From contig NC_092679.1 of assembly GCF_964355755.1 (NCBI RefSeq), forward strand, positions 13,809,432 to 13,873,431: DNA of 64,000 nucleotides, in the 5' to 3' direction. The translations under genes and the position numbers were made by a program. Below are positions 25,601 through 38,106 of this stretch, piece by piece. The notes beneath the pieces are model-generated. The model was not told where the DNA came from. It saw only the letters and a program-made list of their open reading frames with translations, and ran no database searches. How positions within the stretch are numbered: the stretch's first letter is position 1; the number at the start of each line of letters is the position of its first letter. This DNA comes from Antedon mediterranea (taxonomy: Eukaryota; Animalia; Echinodermata).

Positions 25601-28600
25601 ATAGGTTATTTCTAAATATTAAAGGTCTGAAACAGAAACTAAATGTTACCAAACTATGTTTTTGAAAATCTCTATGATATAATATAATAATATGAACATA
25701 ATATTAAATTATATTGATAATCATCATGTCCTTATAAATTCATTTATATTTCTTTTGTGTAATATAGTTCATATAATATGTATTAAATAAATTGGTAAGG
25801 CCCTATATTGTTTATATTTAAGGAAAGTTTATATACACTATTATTTTATGCCTACCAATATAGTATTAATTGTTTATGTAACTATTTTGTCTAATTGCAT
25901 TGATTTTTTGTATAGGCCAATGGCATTAATGTTTTTCTCAAAGCAAATTAGCCTAATAATGCCATATTTAGACACATAATTCTTTGATTTCTGATATTGT
26001 ACTTGTGTATGCATTACTAAAATAGTAGTTATTTTATTTCATTTATAATGTATGTATAAACATTTATTCAGTTTTTTTTTTACCTTTTTAAGTTTAAAAA
26101 ATATTAAAATACCTATCAACCTTTCTGTTATTGTTACTATTATAATATTTTTTGCAGAAGATTGATTTCAATAAAAAAATTTAAAACATTTAATTTGACT
26201 TATACTGTACTATGTTAGTTCAGGAGATGAAGTGTGTGTTGGTAGAATCTGGTGTGTTTGAGGTTGGTGATGTGAGGTGTATTTTTGTGACTTTAAGACC
26301 TAAATTAGATGTTTTCTGAAGAAAAGAAGCGAATAGGCTTCCCAATAAAATAGTATGTAACAGTGTATATTAAAGTACATTGAATGAATTCGAGCGGAAA
26401 AATAACACACATAAAAAAACATTCATTTCCTTGTCGAAAAGCGCCCTCTCTAGTTTTCTATTAATTTATTAATAATTATTATTAATTAATGAGTAATATA
26501 AACATATTTTTAACATTTGATGATGGAAGCTGATACTACTCCAAACAAAGTTTCATACCTCCAAATTTCATCAACGTATTCAAAGCACTTCAATAAATAT
26601 CACATTGAACATTAAAAATTAGGGTTATGGATAGAATTTTGCTTAAAACATATACAAAAAACATCGATAAAAAAATTTTTCGTATTCAAAAACATTTGAT
26701 ACTTGGTATAAATGTTCAATATAGGTTGCTCCATCCATATTGCAAAAAAAAAAATGACTATCGAGCCATATTACTGATTTTTTAAATTTACGTTTTTACA
26801 AAATGTACACTTATGAAAGACCTTACAATTCCAATGCATTTTTTAAACCTAATAACGATTTTGAAAAAAACAACCAACAAAATACGTTCATGAATGAAAT
26901 TTTGTTTCTGTGAATAGAGCAACCTATATTGAACATATAAAAGAAGTTTCAAATGTTTTTAAATTCGGAAAGTATTTTTTATCGATGTTTTTTGTATATG
27001 TTTTTAAGCAAAATTCTATCCATAACCCTAATTTTTAATGTTCAATGTGATATTTATTGAAGTGCTTTGAATACGTTGACGAAATTGGGAGGTATGACAC
27101 CTTGTTAGGAGTAGTATCAGCTTCCAGCATTAAATGTTAAAAATAAGTTTATATTACTCATTAATTAATAATAATTATTAATAAATTAATAGAAAACTAG
27201 AGAGGGCGCTTTTCGACAAGGAAATGAATGATTTTTTTATGTGTGTTATTTTTCCGCTCGAGTTTATTCAATGTAGTGTAATATACACTGTTATATACAT
27301 ACTATTTTATTGGGAATTATTTTTGTGTGAATCATCTTGGAGTTGTTTGAAAGCCTATCCACTTACTTCTTTTCTTCAGAAAACATCTAATTTAGGTCTT
27401 AAAGTGACAAAAATACACCTCACATCACCAACCTCCAACACACCAGATTCTACCAACACACACTTCATCTCCTGAACTAACATAGTACAGTATAAGTCAA
27501 ATTAATTGTTTAAATTTTTTTTATTGAAATCAATCTGCCTCAAAAAATATAATAATAGTAACAATAACAGAAAGGTAGATAGGTATTTTAATAATTATTT
27601 TTAAACTTAAAAATGTAAAAAAAAACTGATTAAAAGTTTATACATACATTATAAATGAAATAAAATAACTACTCTTTTAGTAATGCATACACAAGTACAG
27701 AATATCAGAAATCAATGAATTATGTTTCTAAATATGGCATTTAGGCTAATTTGATTTGAGAAAACATTAATGCCATTGGCCTATACAAAAAATCAATGCA
27801 ATTAGACAAAATAGTTACATAAACAATTAATACTAATATTGGTAGGCATAAAATAATAGTGTATATAAACTTTCCTTAAATATAAACAGTATAGGGCCTT
27901 ACCAATTTATTTAATACATAATATATGAACTATATTACACAAAAGAAATATAAATGAATTTATAAGGACATGATGATTATCAAAAATAGTCAATATAATT
28001 TAATATTATGTTCATATTATTATATTATATCAATCATAGAGATTTTCAAAAACATAGTTTGGTAACATTTAGTTTCTTTTTCAGACCTTTAATATTTGGA
28101 AATAACATAATAATTATAAAACATTCTTTTTTTTAATGCCATTATGCGGTTAAAAACAAGTACAGCAGTATGCATATGTAGATACAGTACACATATATTA
28201 TTGTGAGAACACAATTTCAATAATTTCTTTGTTAGTTATCAACACCTAGGGGTTAAATTTTTAGGAAAACATTGGTTTATTTTTTATATAAATTATATGT
28301 GCAGAAATTCGTTCTTCTAGCCTCAGATCATTCCTGAAGTTAGACATAAATCACCCAAATTAGTATTAAGTAATTAAATGAATAGTAGATGAAGTACAGT
28401 ACAAATACATGTTTCAGGAGGATACTTTATGTTAAAGGTGATAATTTTACCCCGATGAAATGTATTCAATTACCAGGTTGAAGTATGGTGGAAACACTAC
28501 TATATGGCAAATTAAATGTACTCATATAGAACACAGTCAGTTCTACCAAGGTTAGAGGTGTGCCACAATTTGAGATAAGTGGACACATGACTTTTTCAAT

Positions 28601-30851
28601 AGTAAATTCATTACCAGCATTATAAATAAAGTTTTAAAAAGATGAGAATGTAAGTAAATATCAGATTCATAGTCCTCATTATACACAATGATTTTCTACT
28701 ATCACATATTAAAATATAAAACAATCATGAAGCCTTTAATGAAATTAAATGGAGGTCTATCCAAATAAATTTAAATAAAAGGGTCGTAATATGTCTTCGT
28801 CTCCAGTTCGTGGAAATTGAAGTTAGGATTCCATCATTTCAACAACAAAAAATATTCAAAATTTTCCTGCCAGTTTGCGTTCAAGAGTACAACCTGCTTA
28901 GTTTTAAATACGAGTACTGCTTTCTATACACATAACTTTGATTTCTGAAAAAAAAAATCCCTGTAATAAATGTACTTTAATTACTGTAATAATCTAGGCG
29001 TAGATTATGTTGACCAGACCAGTGAGAGGACGATCGACTGTACAGTACTAACATAAGTCCTCTAGGTGGATACAACTTATTTCTTGTCTAAAAAGTGTAC
29101 AGTAGTATGCTAATAGTACTATTATTAGATTAGGTAGTTGGAGTAGTTTGGAGAGATACATCTATTTATAAGAAAGTACTTTATTATTATAGATATAATA
29201 CTAATAGGTACCATGTATTGGGATGCAATTCAACAGTTATGAATAAAAAAAACTCTGTATGCTTTTTTCTGGCTGTGAAATATAAAATTGTTAAATGAAA
29301 AAGAAAATTTAGGGTGATCATCCCAGTATTTACAGTCTAAATTTGATCTTTATGCAACAATAGGCATAAACGATTTTTTAATTAACAGGTATAAAAGCAA
29401 ATTAAAAGCCTTACGTACTCTGTATGTTGGAGGAAATAAGCATAAGTGCAAATAAATCCTTGACCACAGGATGTAATTCACTATTTGGAATCAGTAGTAC
29501 ACGATTGTGTTGGACCATAATGTGGTCCAGGTTGACGGGCCAGGAATGATGGTAGTGCCCAGTATACAGTGTAGTTTAGCCTCAAGGCAATACCATGTAG
29601 CTGGATTAGCTTGGAGAAATACACTAGAGATTTCATGAGATTTGGTGTGTGATGATTCAGTTTGATAATTAGCTGTGAAAAAAAAGTGTTGAATTATGAA
29701 GAAAATATTGTAAAATATAACAAGGAAGTTATACTATAGTATAATTAAGGGGTAACAGTAAAATATATTATAATAATAAATGCAATGGGAATTACTATTA
29801 CTACTAATATTATGTATACAATACAATATTACAGTTAAATTCATAGGTCGATATTATTTTATTATTATAAGGAAATCTGTTTTAGAATGAGAAAAAACCG
29901 TCCCAACCTAGATTTGAACCCAGCTATCAATAAAGCTATAAAGCTATTGGTACGAGTTGACCAATTATTTGGGTACGAGTTAGCCAAGTTTGGTACGAGT
30001 TGACATGGGTATGTTACGGGTTGACCAGCACCTAGAATACGGATAAAGATCAACCCGTACCCCCATGCCGACTCATTCCCATCCCATGGTAGAATACTAC
30101 TTACATGTTAGTTTAGCCTAGCTGGGCTAACCTACCTCACCTCTCACATGCCCTCCTGAAAAAACGCGACCGAAATTACTGGAACCCTACCCTACCAGAC
30201 CTAGATAGTAGTGATCCGTAGTACCATGGAACTATAATAAATGGTAGACGTACTAGTACTGTGTAGTATATGTTAACATGTCTGGCTCTACGAGGCCTTT
30301 TTATGCTCATAGGATGGCTTTTTTGGACGTCCCAATGTAGGCCTATGCATATAACTAGGACAGATTTCCCATTCCTGCAGGCCTGTAGCCTATGCTCTAG
30401 TAGGGCGCCCGGGTGTACCCTGGTCGATTCACCCCTGGTCGACTCGTACCCATGCCAACTCGTACTTAACTTCCTATCCTAAACTCGTATCCAACCAAAT
30501 AATTGGTTGATTTCCCGCTAGACTAGTAGGCCTAGCCTAGCTACAATATTCATTATGCCCTACTAAAAAGGTAGATGAGCTACTAGACTAATTACGTAAT
30601 TCGTATAATAATAACAATAATTGACTAGAAGGCCTAAAAGCGGCGGAAAACACCTAGGCCTAGGCCTATCCATTCTTGCATGGCAGTACGAAAACCTGCC
30701 TATGGTTGTACATCATTGTAAATTGTCAGCAGACACTGTGCTACGGACAGTGTACCGTGTGTTAAAATTACAGCATTTATAGCAGACAACAACGTGTATA
30801 ACTAGCTATAGTTTTACAGATAGCACCTGTGGACAGTAGCAGAATCGGGTG
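22680..30851. mobile_element. 8.2-kb non-coding foldback DNA transposon (~4-kb inverted arms), P/Galileo-like hallmarks
   Basis: Termini CACCCGATTCTGCTACTGTCCAC / GTGGACAGTAGCAGAATCGGGTG; 7-bp TSD ATTGATG at 22673-22679 and 30852-30858; arms stay inverted to ~26730/26915; removing it restores the LINE frame (SWDDVINARDPNAAYDLF). Confidence 0.9.
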
Positions 30852-32125
30852 ATTGATGACATCGTCCCAGGAACAATTTGATAGGTCAGTGTGAAATTTA
30901 TTAATATTATTGACGTTAATTTGCGTTTTATATTATTATTGTTAGTATTATTTTAGCTTTACTTGAGATGTTAAAAACAGGGAGATGATCAGTAACATTA
31001 CCAATATTTGAAGATTCAATTTCATTTGTAATGATATTGTCTAAAAGCGTAGCAGTATAGGGAGTAATCCGTGTAGGTCTATGAATAAGACTGATATAGG
31101 AATTATTAAAAAGGCAATTAACAAAATGTTTTGTATTATCATCACTCAAATTTTAGTACATCAACATTAAAATCTCCTAAAATATAGATACGCTTGTTTT
31201 CTTTGGAAAGTCTTTTAAGTAATAAATCAAGTTGCTCGTTTAATATGGAATATTAATTATATCAATATTCTTATCATTAGTTTTTATTTCGATAAAATGG
31301 TATTCACAAAAGTATGGACTGGATGACAAATCGGTTTTAAATGAAAGACCGTCTCTGACATACATAAGAATGCCACCACACTTGTACGTACGTGGTTTAA
31401 AAGTAATAGAATAATTAGGAATATTAATAAGAGGGTTTTCATGTTTCATACATGTTTCAGATACAGAAATTACATCAAAATTAAAATTTATAGAATATAA
31501 ACAGGATGTGAAGTTATCGAAATATTTTTGGATGCTTCTAGCATTAAATGAATACAAGAAAATTTTCTCTCATAATCCGAATTATAAGTTTGCAAAAATT
31601 CATGTGGTAAATAATACTTGGAAAAATTAACATCAGTAAAGTAGTGTTCATCTGGATCAATATCATTAAAATGTTTATTAGAAGTTGAATAGGGATTAAA
31701 CAAAATATTAGATAATCGATCGGGATTGTTAGCCATTACCGGCATTTAAATGGGGATAGTAGTATAGCAGCATAGTTGAACACGGTTGGAATATAACATT
31801 TGAACGTTAGATAACTATAATAATAATAACAACAACAACAGCAGGTGAGTTAGTAAATGAATATAATAAAGAAAACATCATAAAGAACGGAATCGTGATA
31901 TTATAATTAAAAAAACTTCGGTTAGCATTGTTAACTACAATATATATTTTAAGGCCTAGAGTGGTCATAAATGTTCAAGCGTTTAAGCCTTTTAGACACC
32001 TGGATAGATCCGACTGATTGCAGACAACTAATTTCTTCGATGCGTTGGTGAGTATGCATTTTCCCATCTTGAGTCCAGGTGGATTTGATTGATTTGGCAT
32101 ACTTCGTCTTAACGTCTCGTAGTAG

Positions 32126-33423
32126 TGTCACAAGTGACATAAGTTTTGTATTTATTGTGCAAGTCATTCTTATTTTTCCTTTTGTTTTCATTATTTGAAC
32201 CTTTCTTTTGTTTTAGGAAACTATTGTTTGAAGCCAGTGGAGCAGAGTGTTTGTGTGCAGAGAAGGAGTGTGTGGAGGTTGCTGATTGGAGGAGAGGTGT
32301 AAGAGTTGAGTTGGTGTGTGAGTTGCTGATTGGTTGAGAAGGATAAGGTGGTGGTATGTGTGCAATTGAGGGAAGGTTGAGAGGGAGATGAAAATTGAGA
32401 GGAGACAGAGAAGGAGGGCTATGTTATGTGGAAGCAGAAAGGAAGTAAAGTGATATATATGAAGTTAATAAATTGTGGGTTGGAAAGAATTATGGTGATA
32501 TAGAGCTGAAGCGGAAAGGAAATAAGGTGATATACATGAAGTTAGTAAATTGTGAGTTGGAAACAATTATGGTGGTATATAGCTGAAGCAGAAAGGAAAT
32601 AAGGTGATATACATGAAGTTATTAGATTGTGAGTTGGAAATAATTATGGTGATATAGAGCTGGAACAGAAATGAAATGAAATAAAGTGATATACATGAAG
32701 TGAATAAATCGAAGAATAACTGTTGGAAATAGCAGAATTAATTGCTTTTAAAGACTTGTTGAAAGTATCGAAGACTGACTTTATTGATACTGATATTATT
32801 TTACGTGGAAAAGGAGAAAGAAATAATTGATCGGGGAGCGGATTGCAGTGCAGAACATCAAGAAACATTTTAACTTTATATTTCATTTATTTATATGTCA
32901 GAAAATAGTTGCAGTTTGAGAAGAATTATAATTGGGAATACAAGCAGAACGGGAGCAGAGGCGTGGGAGTTGTTTAGTTGCAGAATCGTTTTAACTTTTA
33001 TCTTTCGAATTTGTTTTTGTGTCAGCGTAGGAGAAAAGGCAAGAAGGAACGATATTGTGGACATTTATTATTGTTTAATTATTCATCTTGTGATATTATT
33101 GTATTTGGAGGGGGGGGGGGGGTTCTTGGATTTATTTGACAATAAGAAGATTGTTGATATTTTGTCTGGAAGGATTGGGAATTTGGGAAAGTGTATACAT
33201 TGTGTGGGAATAGGGATACTGTTTCATTGTTTGAGAATTGCTTGGGGTTTTTTTTGTTGTTTTTTTTGGGGGGTTTGGATTATAAGAGGAAGAATTGGTT
33301 GTCAAGGATTATTAAAGTTACTTTTTACATTTATATGTGTACAGTTGTGGCTATTTACCGTTGTTTACCGGTGGTTACCAGATATTACATGTCCGAAAGA
33401 GCCGTAATTGCGGCTGTGTGACA
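32126..33423 (-). mobile_element. Solo LTR (copy 2, same family as 13001-14200) inserted in LINE ORF1
   Basis: TGTCACA...TGTGACA; TSD AGTAG at 32121-32125 and 33424-33428; removal restores ..KRSKLLRDVKTKY.. Confidence 0.9.
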
Positions 33424-34266
33424 AGTAGCTTTGAACGTTTTAAAGTCAGGTTTTCGTGCACAAAATATTGGGTGCCTTTGAAACGTTTCTTAGCTTTAGA
33501 AAATCTCGCTTCTCCTCTTGTATTTGGTAAACTTGATTATGATACTCCTCTTTTTTTTGTTGGTATCGGGGTCTCTTTTTGGTCCCAACCTATCAGATCG
33601 ATTAATATCTGTCTCATCAATAGAAACGTTCAGTTTTTCTTTGAAGACCTTTATTACTTCAATGTCGGTACTTTCATTTAGCGTTTCAGGGACACCATGT
33701 GAAATTTCGTCTGGAATACTGCTCTGCATTATCGATATCATTTTCTAGCCCTGTAATTCGTTCTTCTAGGTGCCTATCTTAGAGTTAGTTTCGTTAATGT
33801 CAAAATGTAAAAAGGGTCCGATAAGGAGAGTAAGCTTACCGATAATTTCGTCATGAACGACATTAGAAACAGCTTCATCGCTTTTTGTCATAAAAGGTGA
33901 GTCAGATGCAAGGCATTTCTGCAATTCTGAGTCAATCATTTCTTTCACATCTAAATCATTAATGCATTCCTTTTGTTTTTCAGGCTGGCTGCTGTCTCCA
34001 ACAGAATCTGCCGATTGCTCGTCGGTATCTGCCTTTTTCTTTTTGCTACCTGCCATCGAGTTAGAATTAAATGGAGATAACACAGCAAAGCAAGTTGAAA
34101 ACGACCACAGTCAAGGTATGCACAAGCAAAGTATGCAGTAGTCCGTTGTTTGGTATAGTGTGGGACAGGTGATGCTTAGTAGTTGATCAATACAAGTAAG
34201 AGATAGCTGTATGCCTAGTAGTTGGGCAAGCTTGAATAGGAATTGGCTAACAATGGTAACCCGGAG

Positions 34267-35221
34267 GCGATTTTTTTTTTCGTACATAAGTTGGGGACCC
34301 CCTCATGAAACGTCACAAAATAAACATGAATAATTCATCAGTTAAATTTTCTTGTTCCGTGTGCACCCAAGCGTATAGCAACAAGAAGTGATTACACAAG
34401 TGCGGTACGATTCTAGGCCTATCTCCGCTGTTGTTGCGGCGTGCGATTTCATAGAAGAATAGCGGCGTTTTGTGTGGATTGTCGAAATAATCAGCCTTTA
34501 GTTTATGGTGTTTTTAATATAATTTTTTACTAAAGAATTACGTGTTAAAACTATAGTTTCTATTAATACTATTAGGCCTAATTATTAGTCTCTAAACCCA
34601 TGTCTATTCTAGTAGTAGCTGTGTGGGTGTGTGTGACGTGTGTGTGTTAGGTATGACCAAAGATAGTTACACTATAGTGTAACTATCTTTGGTATGACAC
34701 AATCCGAGTAATAAGTCAGCAAAATTAAACAATAAACATTACACAAAAATACATTTTTATTCTCGTGGGTCAAATCTTCCCATCTCATGTGTTCATATAC
34801 GCGCATTTTTAAAGTTCCTTTGAGTACATGCATATTGTTTGATAATAAAATAGCAGAATTAAAAAAATACAGTACACAAATTATACACATTCTTTATTCT
34901 TGTGGGTCTAAGCTTTCTTTGGGCTATGTCCAATGAATTACTACTTAGTTTAATGTCTTGCCTAGCTGTCGATTAGCCTCGACTCGACACATTTTGTGTG
35001 AAGAAGAGTGCGCGAAGAAGAGTGCGCGAAGGCAATCACGTGAATTTACTTATAATCCTAGGCCTACTGTAGAAAGTATCGTATCGCAGTTGTGTAATCA
35101 CTTCTTGTTGCTATACGCTTGGGTGCACACGGAACAACAAATTTAACTGATGAATTATTCATGTTTATTTTGTGACGTTTCATGAAGGGGTCCCCAACTT
35201 ATGTACGAAAAAAAAAATCGC
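34267..35221. mobile_element. Mutator(MULE)-like MITE in the LINE 5' UTR
   Basis: ~135-bp TIRs beginning GCGATTTTTTTTTTCGTACATAAGTTGGGG; 9-bp TSD AACCCGGAG at 34258-34266 and 35222-35230. Confidence 0.9.
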
Positions 35222-35337
35222 AACCCGGAGCGCGTCGCTCAAACACATCCGTTCACCATGAGAGCTTGTGTGAATGTATATGGCTCAGGCTATATTATTG
35301 TGCCAGTTCTGCGGTACATTTCATTTCGAAACCTAAG

Positions 35338-35382
35338 CTCTACTGACGAGATCTAATAAGATCGAAACAGTCTTGTCTGCAG
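35338..35382 (+). ncRNA. Type I hammerhead ribozyme motif (copy 1)
   Basis: CTCTA-CTGACGA-GATCT/AATA/AGATC-GAA-ACA/GTCT/TGT-C^TGCAG: intact catalytic core, 5-bp stem II, GUC cleavage site at 35377, imperfect stem I. Confidence 0.8.
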
Positions 35383-35611
35383 ATTGGATATTACACTCCT
35401 CTACTTTCTGCTATATACATATGTATGTTTTATAGAGCACTCTTCAGTTTGAAACGGTGCATTTTGTTGTGAATACTATTTGCATTTTGCAAAGCACGCT
35501 CATTGAGCTTGTGCACTCTTTGTGTTCATAATCCGAGTACCATGTCCCACATACCTGGCTCAGCCTTTATATTGTTCCAGTTCTGCGGTACATTTCATTT
35601 TGAAACCTGAG

Positions 35612-35656
35612 CTGCACTGACTAGATCTAATAAGATCGAAACAATACTGTCTGCAG
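35612..35656 (+). ncRNA. Type I hammerhead ribozyme motif (copy 2, core variant CUGACUA)
   Basis: CTGCA-CTGACTA-GATCT/AATA/AGATC-GAA-ACA/ATAC/TGT-C^TGCAG: perfect stems I-III, one core substitution, site at 35651. Confidence 0.75.
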
Positions 35657-37382
35657 ATTGGAGAGATTCTAGATGCATAACAAAAACGTAGATCCAGGCT
35701 AATGTACTTGCGCTTTATTTATACATCAAATATACATCAACATAATTTTATGATTCGGTGAAAATACAAAAATGCTACATATTTATATGCAATGCAATTG
35801 CAAATTTATATAATCATAAGCTTTCATTTTTATGCCATATATCAATATGTATGACTTTTAAGATTGTTTACTAACTTATTTAATACCCGAGTATATATTG
35901 TTGTGGCTTAAATGATGTCATTACATTGTTCAAAATATATTTGACATATGTTTGTGTTGTTATACATGTCATAAGTTTTAATTTGATACAAAAATTGACA
36001 TGTTTATTGTAACTGGGGCCTCACCGGTCACTTATTTGAGTTGAATAGGAGTCAACTAGCCACACTAGCTAGTGAGATTTCTATTATACGTCGCTTGGCA
36101 TTATGCAAATCAATCCAGGTAAGCATACGTTCAACAATGATTAAGTAATAGTTAGCTCAGTTACGCATACTGCCGTTTCATTTTTCACAAAGTTATGTAA
36201 TTTATTTATTACATATTATAAACACAAGAGGCAAAGAACATTAATTCTAAACCGCCCGGTGATATACTGAACAGCGGTCCGAGTTCGAGTCTCGGTTGGG
36301 GCGACTTTTTCTCATTCTCACAGATTTTCTCATTTTTATCGTTTCAAATTTATTATATATTATATATATTTCATGTAGTTCCGTGGTGTTTGTACGTCAG
36401 AAGCTTTAATTTAATACCAAACATGCCATATTAATTTCCCACGAAGTTATGTAATATATTATGGATGTGGCTTTGATGACGTCATTATATTGTGAAATTA
36501 TATTGTTCTTATGATAGTGGTATTGTACATGTCATATGCTTTAATTTGATACCAAACTTGCCATATTTAATTATTTGTTTAATTTTTTCACGAAGTTATG
36601 TAATATATAATAAGTGTGGCTTTGATGAAGTCATTATATTGGAAAATTATATTTTCTCATGTGAGTGGTATTGTACATGTAATAAGCTATAATTTGATAC
36701 TAAACTTGACATATTTATGTAATTTATATTTTTTAAATATTTTTCTATAGCTATATAATATATTAACAAGGCCATATACATGGCTGCAGTCGCGTGCTCA
36801 AGTTAGTGTTTACCGACCGACCAACCAACCGACCGAAATTGCTGAACATATTTAAAAATGTTGAAAATGTTTAAAAACATATATATACATATATTTTTTT
36901 AATTTACACGTGCGTAGCCTGTCACTTTTGACGTGCTCGTATAACGTAATTTCCAGTTGGAAAGTGAATCAAATATCATGACATTTATTAAAAGAAAGGT
37001 GCTGTGCGCGTGCAAAAATCTGCGCACTTATTGCAATTAAATTATTTTTTTTTTAAATTGCCTGAAACGTACTTTAATTTCATCGAAAATAAATTTGACA
37101 TTTTTGAAAATTTTAAGCGCGCGTACGCATGCGTTATATGCGCTACGCACGTTGCCATATGATGAAATATGATCTGAAATTTATGAGTACCAAATTTTAT
37201 TTAATTGTGATTCATGCTTGTGAAGATATGATTACACGTGATTTCGTTAAATCGTGCGTAGACCGCGTAATTTTTTAGTCTTGGCCATAAGAAATATACT
37301 CTGAAAATATGACTTACCGACCAACCGACCAACCGACCGACATAGTGAGCTGCAGAATATTCCCTTCATTTGAGGTAATCTA

Positions 37383-38063
37383 TGTTAACTTTGAAATGTA
37401 TAATGTCGCCCTCTATTTCATGTTTGGGGAGCAAGAGGGCAGACTTGCTCAGAGTTGTGCTTTGGGCAAGGATAGTTCATAGCCTAGATAAATACACTGA
37501 TAGTTAAAAATATGTACTGTAATCTATAGGTTCTGGTGAAGAAACAGATGTAAGTTTATGAGGCTTTATATTTAGATAATATAATCTTTTGTATCATTTA
37601 ACTGTAGCCTACTAGATAATTACAAATTACTGACTCAATTATACTATAATCTAGGCCTAGGCCTAGGCTAGGCCTACTGTTAAATTGAAGTAATGATGGT
37701 AATACAGTAATGATGAATCGATCATTTTCTATAAATCTAGTTTAATATGATTGTTGAGCTATTTAGCTTAGATGTTCCAATTGTTATACCAATTGATTAT
37801 TTAATTACAATGACGGCTTTAATTATCCATTAATTTACAGTTTAAACCGTTCGATCTATCGTTCGTTCCACTGCTGTGTGTTCGTTCAACATCTATTCAT
37901 TTTGTGCTCAACCAATTGTTCGACCATTCAACCAATCGTTTTACCAATTTGTCAAATCGTTCGTTTCATTGCCGTGTTGAATAAACATTATTTATATCTA
38001 TACCTTTGTGAACGCGTTTAATTCGTTTTGACTCCCAGAACCGCACGTGACGTCAAGGTTACA
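37383..38063 (+). repeat. 5' LTR of the BEL element
   Basis: TGTTAAC...GGTTACA; AATAAA at 37980; one mismatch seen versus the 3' LTR. Confidence 0.95.
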
Positions 38064-38106
38064 TAAGTTTAAAATCTATCTTCTACTGCAATAATCTATC
38101 TCTAAG

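Larger units (their letters stand above)
21552..35281 (-). mobile_element. Degenerate CR1-group (Crack/Daphne-like) LINE spanning its 5' and 3' ends, with three nested insertions
   Basis: ORF1 remnants at 34083-33424 and 32125-32040 (GVPETLNESTD..IIKFTKY..WTQDGK). ORF2 endonuclease at 31745-30900 (DIDPD, NARS, SET, PTRIT..LLDNI, TDHLP). RT at 22600-21850 (GSLLGPLLFLLYVNDL, YADDTT). (AATTG)n tail at ~21552-21570. Frameshifts and a large ORF2 deletion. Confidence 0.85.

Noticed and set aside
13001-33423. Two similar LTRs read as the ends of one 20-kb retrotransposon
   Set aside because: Each has its own TSD (GTAAG; AGTAG) and a restorable empty site, so they are independent solo LTRs
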